From positions 28,960 through 92,959 of the forward strand of contig CAWGVO010000002.1 in NCBI GenBank assembly GCA_963826055.1: a DNA stretch of 64,000 bases. The letters are read 5' to 3'. A program made the position numbers and the translations under genes. The stretch is from an uncultured Alphaproteobacteria bacterium. Its GTDB lineage: Bacteria > Pseudomonadota > Alphaproteobacteria > Rhizobiales > Kaistiaceae. Positions 10,312 to 21,233 of the stretch are shown here, in pieces; the first letter of the stretch is position 1, and each line of letters begins with the position of its first letter. The notes beneath the pieces are model-generated. The model had not been told where the DNA came from. It was given only the letters and a program-made list of their open reading frames with translations, and ran no database searches.

Positions 10312-11841
10312 CTACTCCACCACGATCGACGGCTCCAGGCCCGCGAGCTTGGCGAGCACGCCGAGACGGCGCAGCACCCGTGCGCCGCCGAGTGGCGCCA
10401 GGTCCTGCGGCAGAACCAGCGTCAGCGCCTTCCCCCGCGTTTCGATGCGGCTGCGGCTGACGACCCCCGGCATCGCCCCGGAGACGAGGTAAGCGACCCG
10501 CAACGTGGCGCCGAGCGCGCGGGCGCGTTCCATCAGCCGCGTCGAGGTCAATTCGCGGATGCGCGGGGAGAGCGCCTCGGCGATCAGCCCCTCATGGCGG
10601 TAGAAGTTGGCGAGCGCCAGGTAGGCGCGGCCCGGGTGGTCGATGCCGATAAAGGCCGCGTGGGCGATCAGGTTGAAGCTCTGCTCGCCGCGGTATTCCG
10701 GGTGGGCGCGCCAGCCGATGTCGGCGAGCATGCAGGCGGCCTCCCTGAGGCGCGCTTCTTCGGCGGTTTCTTCGAGACCGAGGGCGGCGAACACGGACCT
10801 GGTCCACGGCCCCAGTTCGCGCACGTGGCGAGGCGAACGTGAGTGGAGCTGGGCCAGTTCCTCGCTCGCCGACAGAAGCGGATCGAGCGCCTTCTGCTCG
10901 TCGCTGAGGAGGTCGTAGAGCAGGCCCTCCCGGAGGCCGAGAGCCGACATGACGATGCGGGGCGGGCGCATGACCTTGATCACCTGCTCCAGCACCACCG
11001 CGCCGTAGGGTAAGAGCGGCCGGCGGTTGCCCGAGACCACCTCGATCATGTCGAGGAACTCGATGTCGCGGCGGGAGACCATGCGGCTGAACTCGGCCGC
11101 CTCGTCGGCCTCGATCTCGTAGTGGTGCATGACGTGCAGCGGGTAGCCCTGCTGGCGCATGTGGAGGCGGGCGAGCGAACGCCAGGTACCGCCGATGGCG
11201 TAGAATGGCTTGTTCTGGTTGGCGTTCAGCACTTTCGATTCGGCGAGCGCCTCGGCGGCGATCTTCTGAGCCTTTTTCAGCGACTTTTCGGCCGTCTGCT
11301 CAAGCCGCAGGCCGCCGAGCGGAAAAGTCTCGCCCGTACCTGTGCCGCCGTTGAGGACGTCGACCACTTCGAGGCTGCCGCCGCCGAGGTCGCCCGCGAC
11401 GCCATGCGGGTCGCGGAAGCCCGACACGACGCCGAGGGCGGAAAGGCGCGCCTCCTCCGCACCGCTGAGGATGGCCGGCTTGACGCCGGTCACCGCCTCG
11501 ACGGAGGCGATGAACTCGGCGCCGTTGGAGGCCTCGCGCGCCGCGGCGGTGGCGAGCACGTGGAGCGCGGCGACGTGCATCTGGCTGGTGAGCGCCACGA
11601 AGCGGCGGATCGCGGTCAGCGCCGAAGCGATCGCCTCGGCGTCGAGGCGGCCGCCGGCGGCGACGCCGCGCACCAGGCCGCAAAGCTCTTTTTCGTTGAA
11701 CAGCGGCGTCGCCGAACGGACGAGCCGTTCGTAGACCACCAGACGCACCGAGTTCGAGCCGATGTCGATGATGGCGATGGGGCCGATGCCCGGCAGCCGT
11801 CCGGGCGCCTCTTCCGCCATCTCGACCGCCGCCATGCTCAC
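10312..11841 (-). CDS. ppx: exopolyphosphatase (Ppx/GppA family)
   Basis: N-terminal [17 protein letters not shown] actin-like ATPase motif. 509 aa. 4-nt overlap with the upstream ppk1 stop. Confidence 0.9.
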   Translation of the reverse strand: MSMAAVEMAEEAPGRLPGIGPIAIIDIGSNSVRLVVYERLVRSATPLFNEKELCGLVRGVAAGGRLDAEAIASALTAIRRFVALTSQMHVAALHVLATAAAREASNGAEFIASVEAVTGVKPAILSGAEEARLSALGVVSGFRDPHGVAGDLGGGSLEVVDVLNGGTGTGETFPLGGLRLEQTAEKSLKKAQKIAAEALAESKVLNANQNKPFYAIGGTWRSLARLHMRQQGYPLHVMHHYEIEADEAAEFSRMVSRRDIEFLDMIEVVSGNRRPLLPYGAVVLEQVIKVMRPPRIVMSALGLREGLLYDLLSDEQKALDPLLSASEELAQLHSRSPRHVRELGPWTRSVFAALGLEETAEEARLREAACMLADIGWRAHPEYRGEQSFNLIAHAAFIGIDHPGRAYLALANFYRHEGLIAEALSPRIRELTSTRLMERARALGATLRVAYLVSGAMPGVVSRSRIETRGKALTLVLPQDLAPLGGARVLRRLGVLAKLAGLEPSIVVE

Positions 11842-14045
11842 TTTCGGCTGGTGCCCCCCTGGCGGCGGCGGATCGGTTTGGGCGGGTTGGTCTTCAGCGA
11901 CTTGCCGCGCCCGGAGAGACTGGGATTGGTCATGAAATACTGGTGCGCGTTGAACGGCCGCTCGCCCTTCTTGGGGACGACGCGCCGCGAGGTGCCGTCG
12001 GACAACACCTGCCAGCTTTGCTGGTTGTCGGCAAGGTTTGCGACCATGATCTGGTTGAGCACCTGCTCGTGGACGGTCGGATTGAGGATCGGCGCGATCG
12101 CCTCGACACGGCGGTCGAGGTTGCGCGGCATCATGTCGGCCGAGCCGATGTAGACCAGCGCCTCCGGCGAGGGAAGGCCGTGGCCGTTGCCGAAGCAGTA
12201 GATGCGGGCGTGCTCGAGGAAGCGGCCGATGATCGACTTGACGCGGATGCGCTCGGACAGTCCGGGAATACCCGGCCGGAGGCAGCAGATGCCGCGCACC
12301 ACCAGGTCGATCTCGACGCCGGATTGGCTGGCGTCGTAGAGCGCGTCAATGATCTGGGTGTCGACCAGGGCATTCAGCTTCATCCAGATTCGCGCCGGCC
12401 GCCCCGCCCGGGCGTGCTCCATTTCGCTGGCGATCAGGTGGAGCATCCGCGTTCTGAGGAAATGCGGCGAGATGGCAAGCCGTTCCAGCGTCTCCGGCTC
12501 CGAATAGCCGGTGATGTAGTTGAAGACGCGGGCAACGTCGCGAGCGATCGCCGGGTCGGCGGAAAAGAACGACAGGTCGGTGTAGATGCGCGCGGTTACC
12601 GGGTGATAGTTGCCGGTGCCGATGTGGACGTAGCTGGCGAGCTGGCCCGCTTCGCGGCGCACCACCAGCGACAGCTTGGCGTGGGTCTTGAGCTCGATGA
12701 AGCCGTAGACCACCTGGACGCCGGCGCGCTCCAGGTCCCGCGCCCAGCGGATGTTGGCTTCCTCGTCGAAGCGCGCCTTGAGTTCGACCAGCGCCGTCAC
12801 GGACTTGCCGGCCTCGGCGGCCTCCGCCAGCGCCTTGACGATCGGCGAGTCGTTGGAGGTGCGGTAGAGCGTCTGCTTGATCGCGACCACGTCCGGATCG
12901 GAGGCGGCCTGGCGCAGGAACTGGACCACCACGTCGAACAACTCGTACGGGTGATGGACGATGATGTCCTTCTCGCGGATGGCGGCCAGACAATCGCCGC
13001 TGTGGTCGCGGATGCGTTCGGGAAAGCGCGGCGTGTAGGGGGGGAACTTGAGCTGCGGGCGGTCGATCGCCACCAGTTGCGACAGGTCCTGCAGCGCGAG
13101 CACGCCGTCGACAAGGAAGATTTCGTCGCCAGCGGCCCCCAGCGCCTCGGCCACCAGGGTCCGCAACCCGTCCGGCATGGCCAATTCAATCTCAAGCCGG
13201 ATGACGGAGCCGCGGCGGCGACGCTTCAGCGCGCTCTCGAAGAAGCGGACGAGGTCCTCCGCCTCTTCCTCCACCTCGATGTCGGAATCGCGGATGACGC
13301 GGAAGGCGCCCTGCCCTTCCACCGCGTAGCCGGGGAACAGGCGGGTGACGAACAGCGTCACTGCCTGGTCGAGGCTGATGAACCGGTCGACGCCGGCGTC
13401 CGTCGACGGCAGGCGGATGAAGCGGTCGAGGGTGCCCGGCATGCGCAACAGCGCCGTCATACGCTGGGCGTTGGCCTTGCGGGAGAGCTGCAGCGCCACC
13501 GTCAGGCCGAGGTTCGGAATAAACGGGAACGGATGCGCCGGGTCGATGGCAAGCGGCGTCAGCACCGGGAAGATCGAATCGAGGAAGTGATTCTCCAGCC
13601 AGCCGCGGTCGCTATCGTCCAGTTCGCGGGCGTCGACGAGGCGGATGCCGGCCTCGGCGAGTTCGCGCCTCAGCACCGCCCAGCACGCCTGTTGGGCGGT
13701 GGCGAGATCGGAGACGGCGGCGCCGATGCTGGCCAGCTGCTCGCTCAGCGAACGCCCGTCGTCGGAAACCATGGCGATGCCGGCGCGCTGCTGGCCCTTG
13801 AGGCCGGCGACGCGCACCATGAAAAATTCGTCCAGGTTGTTGGCGGAGATCGACAGGAAGCGCAGCCGCTCCAGCACCGGGTGGTGGGGGTTGCTGGCCT
13901 CCTCGAGAACCCGGCGGTTGAACTGCAGCCACGAAAGCTCGCGGTTGATGAACCGCTCGGGCTGCTGGCGCAGCCGACCGCCCGCCGTCTGGTCGAGTTC
14001 GACCACGGCGGCTTCGGCCGCAACGGCGGGGTTCTTCTGGTCCAT
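11838..14045 (-). CDS. ppk: polyphosphate kinase 1
   Basis: Conserved PPK1 N-terminus (…[21 protein letters not shown]…) from the internal ATG at 14045. The 151-aa upstream extension of the listed ORF is Arg/Ser-rich shadow and overlaps vapC. Confidence 0.93.
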   Translation of the reverse strand: MDQKNPAVAAEAAVVELDQTAGGRLRQQPERFINRELSWLQFNRRVLEEASNPHHPVLERLRFLSISANNLDEFFMVRVAGLKGQQRAGIAMVSDDGRSLSEQLASIGAAVSDLATAQQACWAVLRRELAEAGIRLVDARELDDSDRGWLENHFLDSIFPVLTPLAIDPAHPFPFIPNLGLTVALQLSRKANAQRMTALLRMPGTLDRFIRLPSTDAGVDRFISLDQAVTLFVTRLFPGYAVEGQGAFRVIRDSDIEVEEEAEDLVRFFESALKRRRRGSVIRLEIELAMPDGLRTLVAEALGAAGDEIFLVDGVLALQDLSQLVAIDRPQLKFPPYTPRFPERIRDHSGDCLAAIREKDIIVHHPYELFDVVVQFLRQAASDPDVVAIKQTLYRTSNDSPIVKALAEAAEAGKSVTALVELKARFDEEANIRWARDLERAGVQVVYGFIELKTHAKLSLVVRREAGQLASYVHIGTGNYHPVTARIYTDLSFFSADPAIARDVARVFNYITGYSEPETLERLAISPHFLRTRMLHLIASEMEHARAGRPARIWMKLNALVDTQIIDALYDASQSGVEIDLVVRGICCLRPGIPGLSERIRVKSIIGRFLEHARIYCFGNGHGLPSPEALVYIGSADMMPRNLDRRVEAIAPILNPTVHEQVLNQIMVANLADNQQSWQVLSDGTSRRVVPKKGERPFNAHQYFMTNPSLSGRGKSLKTNPPKPIRRRQGGTSRK

Positions 14046-14142
14046 GACGCGGGCTTTTCCCTGGTGCCGGCAATATAGGCCTAAACGGCGAATATGACGA
14101 TTTCGCCAACGCTGGTGGCCGGTCTGCGGTGGCGGCCGTCGG

Positions 14143-14571
14143 CTAAGGTTGCGGCTGAGACCACGGGTCGACCAAACGGAGGCCAACGCCTTCGAAATGC
14201 CTGAGGTTTCGCGTCGCCAACGTGGCCTTGCGCGCCGCGACGATGCCCGCGACCTGTATGTCGCGTATCTCCACGGGGCGCCCCGCCCGCCGACGCGCCG
14301 CCGCCATGGTGCCGGACGCGCGCGCCGCGGTACTGTCGAAGGGTAGAACCCGACCGTGCAGGTCCTGCTCCAGCGTTCTTGTGAATGCATCCTCAAGCTG
14401 TTGCCGTCGCCGCCCCTTGGCGAGAAGCTCCAGCCCGAACCAGATTTCAAACGTTGTAATCGCCGTGGTCCACACGAGCTCAGCCGGCACAGCGTCAAGC
14501 CAGGCGATAACTAGTGGCTCGGGCTCGCGCTGCATCAGCGCCGACAAGACGTTTGTGTCGAGGACAATCAC
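14143..14571 (-). CDS. vapC: type II toxin, PIN-domain ribonuclease (VapC/FitB-like)
   Basis: [12 protein letters not shown]… PIN signature with acidic residues. 142 aa. 4-nt overlap with the upstream antitoxin gene. Confidence 0.85.
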   Translation of the reverse strand: MIVLDTNVLSALMQREPEPLVIAWLDAVPAELVWTTAITTFEIWFGLELLAKGRRRQQLEDAFTRTLEQDLHGRVLPFDSTAARASGTMAAARRRAGRPVEIRDIQVAGIVAARKATLATRNLRHFEGVGLRLVDPWSQPQP

Positions 14572-14816
14572 GAAGTGAGATCAGCGGGCCGCGCCGCCTC
14601 ACCGCGCAGCTCTTCGATGGGATGATCAAGGCCGATCTTGCGGAACCGCGCAGCCAGCCGCGAGCCGAGCGGCGGAAGCGACCGTTCTTCCTGCTCAACG
14701 GCGGTTGCAAGAATTCGGCGAACTTCTTCTTCCGTGCTGTTGCCGTGGCGTTGCGCGCGCCGACGCAGCTTGGCCTTCACCTGTTCGTCGATGTTGCGGA
14801 CAATGAGTTGCGCCAT
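14568..14816 (-). CDS. vapB: type II antitoxin (FitA/VapB-like, ribbon-helix-helix)
   Basis: MAQLIVRNIDEQVKAKLRRRAQRHGNSTEEEVRRIL is a typical Arc/MetJ-type antitoxin N-terminus. ATG at 14816 preceded by AAGGAGG. Confidence 0.8.
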   Translation of the reverse strand: MAQLIVRNIDEQVKAKLRRRAQRHGNSTEEEVRRILATAVEQEERSLPPLGSRLAARFRKIGLDHPIEELRGEAARPADLTS

Positions 14817-14897
14817 TGTCGCCTCCTTCAATTTTGATATCATGATATCATCCGGCGAGTCGTCAGTCAACGACCGTGGATGGCAGGAGGCCTCTGC

Positions 14898-15602
14898 CTA
14901 TTCGCCAGCCCCCTCCCCGCCGAACAGGCGCGCCAGCGCCGCGGCGGCGAGCGGCCGGGTGATTGCGCGGCTTTCGGCCAGCGCCTCGCGATCAAGTTCG
15001 GCCACGATCAGGTTCGCCGCCTCCAGCGAGCGCTCCATCCTCACGACGATGTAGTCCACCACCGCCCCGTCGACGGCGAGCTGGCGGTCGGCGAACAGCT
15101 TGACGACGACGCGGCGGAGCAACTCGTCGTCCGGCTCGCCGAGCTCCACGGGTCTCGCCGCGCGCAGGCGGGAAGCAAGGTCGGCGAGCTTCAGCGGCAG
15201 TGCCGACGGCCACGTCCGACTGGTCAGCAGCACCGGCGCCCCGCGCTCGCCGGCGAGATTGAGGAGATGGAACAGGGCCGCCTCGGCGATCGGGCCGGCG
15301 TGGAGGTCCTCCACCGCCACCGCACCGGCGGCCACCATCGCCGGCACCGCGCCGTCGTCGAGGGCGGCGGCCGTGGTCACCGGCGCGCCGCTCCGCGCCC
15401 GCCAGATCTCGACCAGGTGGCTCTTGCCCGAGCCGACCGGTCCGGCGAGCAGCACCACATGTGCCGGCCAGTGCGGCCAGCGGTCGATCAGGTCGATCGC
15501 CTGGCGGTTGGCGGCGCCGACGAGAAAGTCGGCGCGGGTCATGGCGGCGCCATGCGGCAGGCTGAACGCCAGCTGCCGCCCGGCCGGGTGGTCCGTGCTC
15601 AT
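14898..15602 (-). CDS. hdaA: DnaA regulatory inactivator HdaA
   Basis: QLAFSLP N-terminal motif and Walker A LAGPVGSGKSHL. About 230 aa. Position next to the AI-2E permease and purMN is typical of Alphaproteobacteria. Confidence 0.8.
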   Translation of the reverse strand: MSTDHPAGRQLAFSLPHGAAMTRADFLVGAANRQAIDLIDRWPHWPAHVVLLAGPVGSGKSHLVEIWRARSGAPVTTAAALDDGAVPAMVAAGAVAVEDLHAGPIAEAALFHLLNLAGERGAPVLLTSRTWPSALPLKLADLASRLRAARPVELGEPDDELLRRVVVKLFADRQLAVDGAVVDYIVVRMERSLEAANLIVAELDREALAESRAITRPLAAAALARLFGGEGAGE

Positions 15603-16684
15603 CAGGCCTGCGGCGGCTCCTCCTCACCCTGGAACATCGGGCTCGCCCGATAAAGTTCGAGGGCGTGGTGGATGAGCACACCGACCGCCGCCGTCGCCGG
15701 CACCGCCAGCAGAAGTCCGACGAAGCCGAACAGGAGGCCGAAGGCAAACAGCCCGAAGAGCAGCCACACCGGATGCACACCGACGAACGAGCCGAGCAGG
15801 CGCGGTTGCAGAACGTAGCCCTCCAGCATCTGCCCGGCGAGAAAGACCGCCACCACCGCCGCGATCCAGATCCAGTCCGGCCAGTACTGGGCAAAGGCGA
15901 CGCCGATGGAGATGACGAAGCCGACCGCAAAGCCGCCGTAGGGAATGAAGCTGATGAAGCCGGCGATGATGCCGATCAGCAGGGCGTAGTTGAGCCCGAC
16001 CAGGAACAGGCCGGAAGCATAGAAGATGCCGAGGATCAGACCGGACAGCATCTGGCCGCGGACGAAGGCGGCGACCTTGTGGTCGATCTGGCTGGCGAGG
16101 AAACGGATCTCGTCGGCGTGGTCGCGCGGCAGCAGGTCGTCGACGCGGGCGACCATCTTGTCCCAGTCGCGCAGCAGGTAGAAGGCAACGAACGGCGTGA
16201 TGACGAACAGCGACAGCACGTTGAGCAGCGCCAGACTTCCGGACCACAACGACGGCACCACCGTGGCAACCAGGTTGCTGCCGCCGGAAAGGAAGCCGCC
16301 GAGCGATGGCGCGTTTTCCGACGACAGGCCAAGGTAGCGCGCCCATTCGCTGTCGAGGAACGAGTTCACCAGGTCCTGCAGCTGCTGGATCGTCGTCGGC
16401 AGGTGCTGGATAAATTCGGAGAGCTGGTTGACCACCACCGGTCCGATCAGCAGGAGCAGCAGCGCCAGCAGGACCACCGCGATCACCAGAATCACGATCG
16501 TCGCGGAGGGCCGGTCAAGGCCGCGACGCTCCAGCCAGTCGGCGACTGGATCGAGGGCGTACGCGAGCGCCGTCCCGGCGACGAACGGCAGCATGATCGA
16601 GCGCAGGATGTAGAGGACCACCAGCGTGGCCACCAGCGCGAGCAGCCAGAAGACGGCAACCTGTTGACGCCGCGTCATGACCAA
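15602..16684 (-). CDS. AI-2E family transporter (PerM/YhhT-like permease)
   Basis: 360-aa polytopic membrane protein with the typical AI-2E layout. Stop and start overlap with hdaA. Confidence 0.85.
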   Translation of the reverse strand: MVMTRRQQVAVFWLLALVATLVVLYILRSIMLPFVAGTALAYALDPVADWLERRGLDRPSATIVILVIAVVLLALLLLLIGPVVVNQLSEFIQHLPTTIQQLQDLVNSFLDSEWARYLGLSSENAPSLGGFLSGGSNLVATVVPSLWSGSLALLNVLSLFVITPFVAFYLLRDWDKMVARVDDLLPRDHADEIRFLASQIDHKVAAFVRGQMLSGLILGIFYASGLFLVGLNYALLIGIIAGFISFIPYGGFAVGFVISIGVAFAQYWPDWIWIAAVVAVFLAGQMLEGYVLQPRLLGSFVGVHPVWLLFGLFAFGLLFGFVGLLLAVPATAAVGVLIHHALELYRASPMFQGEEEPPQA

Positions 16685-17214
16685 TGATCCTTGCGCGCAC
16701 GGTCGAGCGGGGCCGTGTTGACGCCGCCCATATGCCGGACCCAGTCAACTAGATACAGCGCCGCCGAAGTGGCCGTCAAAACGCCGACCACGTAGTTGAG
16801 CCCGAGCCGGAGCGCCGCGAGGTCGGGACCGAAAGCGAGGTCGCCGAGGACCACAGCGGCGAGGATGATCTGGGCGAGGGTGTTGACCTTGCTGACTGCC
16901 GCCGGGCGCATCGGCATCGGCTGGCCCATCATCCACGACAGGAGCACGCCACCGACAATCAGAAGGTCGCGGCTGACGACGAGGATCGCCACCCATACCG
17001 GGATTTCACCATAGCTGGCGAAGGTGACGTAGATCGAAACGAGCAGCGCCTTGTCGGCGACCGGGTCGAGGTAGGCGCCGAGATCGGAGCGCAGGTTGAA
17101 CTGGCGGGCGATGAACCCGTCGACCGCATCGCTGATGCCGGCCGCCACGAACGTCCAGAACGCCGCCACCGGGTGCGGCGCAATGATCAGCCACACCACC
17201 AGCGGAACCAGCAA
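16675..17214 (-). CDS. CDP-alcohol phosphatidyltransferase family protein (N-terminus probably extends upstream)
   Basis: DG(x2)AR(x8)G(x3)D(x3)D motif (SDAVDGFIARQFNLRSDLGAYLDPVADK). The conserved PNLITIGR segment lies upstream of the listed TTG start, at 17215-17250 (see findings). Confidence 0.8.
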   Translation of the reverse strand: MLVPLVVWLIIAPHPVAAFWTFVAAGISDAVDGFIARQFNLRSDLGAYLDPVADKALLVSIYVTFASYGEIPVWVAILVVSRDLLIVGGVLLSWMMGQPMPMRPAAVSKVNTLAQIILAAVVLGDLAFGPDLAALRLGLNYVVGVLTATSAALYLVDWVRHMGGVNTAPLDRARKDHWS

Positions 17215-17425
17215 TAGCCGCCCGATCGTAATCAGGTTGGGGATCGTTACCGGAATTTGCCCCGCTCCATGCCCCGGGCCGCATCACAGCCGGCCCCCGC
17301 CAGTGCTAGAAATGGCATCGTCGCGGGGCGTTGCCAAGCGTCTGGGCTCGCGGAGCCCGCGCCAACTCCTTGCATTCGCCGGGCATTCATGGATTCGATG
17401 CGCCGCGAGGAGAGCCACCTGACTC

Positions 17426-18514
17426 ATGCCACCTGAAACGCTGAAGCCCGATCGGCCGGCGAGCTACGCCGCCGCCGGCGTCAACATCGACGCCGGAAAC
17501 GCGCTGGTTGCCGCCATCAAGCCGTTGGCCGCGACCACGCGGCGCCCCGGCGTGGTCGGGGAGATCGGCGGCTTCGGCGGCCTCTTCGACCTGAAGGGCG
17601 CCGGCTACAGGGACCCCCTCCTGGTCGCCGCGACCGACGGCGTCGGCACCAAGCTCAGGATCGCCATCGACACGGGCATCCTCGATACCGTCGGCATCGA
17701 CCTGGTCGCCATGTGCGTCAACGACCTGATCGTGCAGGGCGCCGAGCCGCTGTTCTTCCTCGACTACTTCGCCACCGGCCGTCTCGATCCGGCCGCCGGC
17801 GCCGCCATCGTCACCGGCATTGTGGAGGGTTGCCGGCTTGCCGACGCCGCGCTCATCGGCGGCGAGACCGCCGAGATGCCCGGCCACTACGCCGGCGAGG
17901 ACTTCGACCTCGCCGGCTTCGCCGTCGGCGCGGTCGAGCGCGACCGGCTCCTGCCCCGCAGCGATATCGTGCCCGGCGACCGCCTGCTGGCGCTCGCCTC
18001 CTCCGGGCTCCATTCCAACGGCTTCTCGCTGACGCGCCGGCTCGTCGCCGATGCCGGTTTCCGGTACGACCAGCCGGCGCCGTTCGATCCCTCCCGTTCG
18101 CTCGGCCAGGCGCTGCTCACCCCCACCCGCATCTACGTCGCCGCGCTCAAGCGGGTCATCCGCGCCACCGGCGCGATCAAGGCGCTCGCCCACATCACCG
18201 GCGGCGGCCTGCCGGAGAACCTGCCGCGGGTACTTCCCGATGACGTCGCGGCGCGGATCGATCTTTCCCGGCTGCCGGTGCCGCCGGTGATCCGCTGGCT
18301 CGCCGACATCGTCTCGATCGGCGAGCGCGAGATGCTGCGCACGTTCAACTGCGGCGCCGGCATGGTGGCGGTCGTCAGCGCCGCCGATGCCGCCGGAATC
18401 GCCGCCGCGCTCTCCGACATGGGCGAGACGGTGGTCGATATCGGCGAAGTCGAGGCGCGCGACAGGTCGGCGGTCGTCTTCGACGGCTCCCTCCCCGCGG
18501 CGGTCGCCCGATGA
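17426..18514 (+). CDS. purM: phosphoribosylformylglycinamidine cyclo-ligase (AIR synthetase)
   Basis: Full-length PurM-like translation (…[11 protein letters not shown]…, DGVGTKL…). Confidence 0.93.
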   Translation: MPPETLKPDRPASYAAAGVNIDAGNALVAAIKPLAATTRRPGVVGEIGGFGGLFDLKGAGYRDPLLVAATDGVGTKLRIAIDTGILDTVGIDLVAMCVNDLIVQGAEPLFFLDYFATGRLDPAAGAAIVTGIVEGCRLADAALIGGETAEMPGHYAGEDFDLAGFAVGAVERDRLLPRSDIVPGDRLLALASSGLHSNGFSLTRRLVADAGFRYDQPAPFDPSRSLGQALLTPTRIYVAALKRVIRATGAIKALAHITGGGLPENLPRVLPDDVAARIDLSRLPVPPVIRWLADIVSIGEREMLRTFNCGAGMVAVVSAADAAGIAAALSDMGETVVDIGEVEARDRSAVVFDGSLPAAVAR

Positions 18515-19168
18515 CGCGCAAGCGCGCGGCCGTCCTCATTTCCGGGCGTGGTTCCAACATGGCGGCGCTGGTATCGGCGGCGGCCGCCGCCGACTACCCG
18601 GCCGAGATCGCGCTGGTGCTGTCGAACAACCCCCGCGCCGCCGGCCTCGCCCATGCGAGCGCGGCGGGCATCGCCACCGCCGTAGTGGACGCCAAAGCGT
18701 TCGCCGACAGGCCGGCGTTCGAGGCGGCGGTCGACGCGCAGCTCACGGCGACCCGGATCGACATCGTCTGCCTCGCCGGTTTCATGCGGCTGTTGTCGGC
18801 GGCATTCGTGGACGCATGGCGCGACCGCCTCATCAACATCCACCCGTCGCTGCTGCCTTCCTTCCGCGGCCTCGACACCCACGCCCGCGCCATCGAGGCG
18901 GGCGTCCGCATCCACGGCTGTACCGTCCACTACGTCCGCGCCGCCATGGACGACGGCCCAATCATCGCCCAGGCGGCGGTGCCGGTGCTGGCCGGCGACG
19001 ATGCGGACACGCTCGCCGAGCGCGTGCTCGCCGCCGAGCATCGGCTCTACCCGATGGCGCTGGCGCTCGTCGCCGCGGACCGCGCCCGCGTGGTCGAGGA
19101 GCGGGTGGTGATCGACGGGCGAGGCGCCGCCGGCGACGTCGATCCTCGTGTCCCCTGCCCTCGATTGA
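18511..19168 (+). pseudogene. purN: phosphoribosylglycinamide formyltransferase, frameshifted as sequenced
   Basis: PurN motifs (VLISGRGSNM, NIHPSLLP). After …VVIDG the listed ORF runs 143 nt into rlmJ. Removing one G from GGG at 19117-19119 gives …VIDGEAPPATSILVSPALD and a TGA at 19166-19168. Confidence 0.85.
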
Positions 19169-19192
19169 TCCTCCAATGGTGCGCCGCGCGCC

Positions 19193-20041
19193 ATGAACTA
19201 CCGCCACGCCTTCCACGCCGGCAATTTCGCCGACGTGGTCAAGCACTCCGTCCTTGCCCTCCTGATCGAGCGGCTGAAGGCGAAGGAGACCGCCTTCCGC
19301 GTCATCGACACCCATGCCGGCGCCGGGCTCTATGACCTCGCCGGTGACGAGGCCTCGCGCACGGGCGAATGGCGGGGCGGCATCGGCCGCCTGTGGGGCG
19401 CCGAACTGCCGTCCACCCTCGCCGACCTCGTCCGGCCCTATCTCGACGCTGTCGGCGCCGCCAACCCGCACGGCGCCCTTGCCCGCTATCCGGGATCGCC
19501 TTGGATCACCCGCCATCTCCTGCGGGCGCAGGACCGGCTGACCGCCGTCGAGCTTCACCCCGACGATGGCCCCGACCTCGCCGCCCTGTTTGCCGGCGAC
19601 TACCAGGTGCGGGTGATCAAACTCGACGGCTGGCTGGCGCTCGGCGCTTTCGTGCCGCCGAAGGAGCGCCGGGGCCTCGTCCTCGTCGACCCGCCGTACG
19701 AGGAGCGCGGCGAGTTCGAGCGGCTCGCCGCCGCGTTCCGCAACGCCCACCGCCGCTGGCCCACCGGCATCTATGCCCTGTGGTACCCGGTCAAGGACCT
19801 CGTGGCCGTCGACGGGTTGCGCATCGCGCTGGCGAAAAGCGGCATCCGCCGGCTCCTCCGTGCCGAATTGACCATCCGCGACCGGAACACCGGCGGCACG
19901 TTCAACGGCACGGGGCTTATCATCTGCAATCCGCCGTGGCAGTTCGCCGAGGCGCTGGCCGCGCTGCTTGCCGGCCTGGTGCCGCTGCTGGCGGTCGGCG
20001 ACGGGGCGGGTCACACGATCGACGAAATCGCCGGCGAATAA
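19193..20041 (+). CDS. rlmJ: 23S rRNA (adenine2030-N6)-methyltransferase
   Basis: MNYRHAFHAGNFADVVKH N-terminus and DPPYE motif characteristic of RlmJ. Confidence 0.88.
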   Translation: MNYRHAFHAGNFADVVKHSVLALLIERLKAKETAFRVIDTHAGAGLYDLAGDEASRTGEWRGGIGRLWGAELPSTLADLVRPYLDAVGAANPHGALARYPGSPWITRHLLRAQDRLTAVELHPDDGPDLAALFAGDYQVRVIKLDGWLALGAFVPPKERRGLVLVDPPYEERGEFERLAAAFRNAHRRWPTGIYALWYPVKDLVAVDGLRIALAKSGIRRLLRAELTIRDRNTGGTFNGTGLIICNPPWQFAEALAALLAGLVPLLAVGDGAGHTIDEIAGE

Positions 20042-20117
20042 TGGCCGCCGGCTTGACCGGGACCGGGCCGCGTCGCATGGTCGCGGCTATCCTGGAATCA
20101 CCACGGGAGACGGCTCC

Positions 20118-20555
20118 ATGCTGCGCATCCTGACCGCCTTCCTGCTCGTCGCCTCCTTCGCCGGAACCGCGCGCGCCGCCGACTACTACGGGGGCCCGGT
20201 CATGGCCGCGCCCGCCTACACGACGCTGCCGGCCTGCGACGAGCCGGGCGTGCTCGCCCGCGTCACCAGCAAATTCGCCTACCAGGACGCGCACATCACC
20301 CTCACCGGGGTCGCCATCAGCCGCATCGATAGCGTCCGCCAGAGGGCGTTGAAGGCCGGCGGCCCGAGCTTCACCGACGTGCGCTACTGCAACGGCACGG
20401 CGTGGCTGTCGAACGGCCGCCGCTCCGAGGTGGTTTTCATCATCGAGGGGCCGATGAAGGGCACGTTCTCCATCGGCTGGAACGTGGAATCGTGCGTCGT
20501 CGGCTACGACCCCTGGCACGTTTACGAAACCCGCTGCCGTTCCATCCGTCCCTGA
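20118..20555 (+). CDS. secreted hypothetical protein (4 Cys)
   Basis: Internal ATG at 20118 after GGGAGA. Signal peptide MLRILTAFLLVASFAGTARA. 145 aa. Confidence 0.6.
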   Translation: MLRILTAFLLVASFAGTARAADYYGGPVMAAPAYTTLPACDEPGVLARVTSKFAYQDAHITLTGVAISRIDSVRQRALKAGGPSFTDVRYCNGTAWLSNGRRSEVVFIIEGPMKGTFSIGWNVESCVVGYDPWHVYETRCRSIRP

Positions 20556-21160
20556 TCGCGGCGGCTTTCGCGGCGTTCCTGTCGGCGGCGTTGCCGGCGA
20601 GCGCCGGCGGCACGGCGGGCGACTTCGACTTCTACGTGCTGGCGCTGTCGTGGTCGCCGGCGACCTGCGACGACAGCGCGGAGTGCGCTCTCGGTCGTGG
20701 TTTCGTCGTCCACGGCCTGTGGCCGGAGTATGAGCACGGCTACCCCGACTACTGCCCCTCGAACCTGAGGCGCGACCTCGACCGGGCAACCGTCGCGGCG
20801 ATCGGCGATCTCATCCCCGACCCGTCGCTCGCCGCCCACGAGTGGGTCAGGCACGGCCTCTGTTCGGGCCTCAGTCAGCAACGCTACTTCGCGCTCGTCC
20901 GGGAGGCAGCCGCGCGTGTCGCCATCCCCGCGACCTTCACCGGCAAATCACCGGGCCGCCTGTCACCTCGGGCGATCGAGGCCGCGTTCGTAGCCGCCAA
21001 CCGCGGGCTCACCACCAACGGCCTGTCGGTGCAGTGCCGGGACGGCCGGTTCACCGAGATCAGGGTGTGCCTGACGAAGGACCTCGCATTTCGCCCGTGC
21101 GCCGAGGTCGACGCCGACAGCTGTCACGCCGGGTCGCTCGGCGTGCCTGCCCCGCGCTAG
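20492..21160 (+). CDS. ribonuclease T2 family protein (start uncertain)
   Basis: CAS I/II-like motifs FVVHGLWPEY and …HEWVRHGLC. Candidate GTG at 20492 gives a basic-then-hydrophobic signal peptide. It overlaps the previous gene by 64 nt. Confidence 0.8.
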   Translation: MRRRLRPLARLRNPLPFHPSLIAAAFAAFLSAALPASAGGTAGDFDFYVLALSWSPATCDDSAECALGRGFVVHGLWPEYEHGYPDYCPSNLRRDLDRATVAAIGDLIPDPSLAAHEWVRHGLCSGLSQQRYFALVREAAARVAIPATFTGKSPGRLSPRAIEAAFVAANRGLTTNGLSVQCRDGRFTEIRVCLTKDLAFRPCAEVDADSCHAGSLGVPAPR

Positions 21161-21176
21161 ATCATCAGAAGAAAAA

Positions 21177-21203
21177 GCCCCTCACGGGGTTGCCGTGAGG
21201 GGC
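21177..21203 (-). terminator. rho-independent terminator for the outer-membrane protein gene (possibly bidirectional)
   Basis: 11-bp GC-rich stem GCCCCTCACGG / CCGTGAGGGGC with a 5-nt loop. On the minus strand it is followed by TTTTTCTTC. Confidence 0.6.
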
Positions 21204-21233
21204 GCCTGAGACGCGCGCTGCGCAAGGCCGCGT

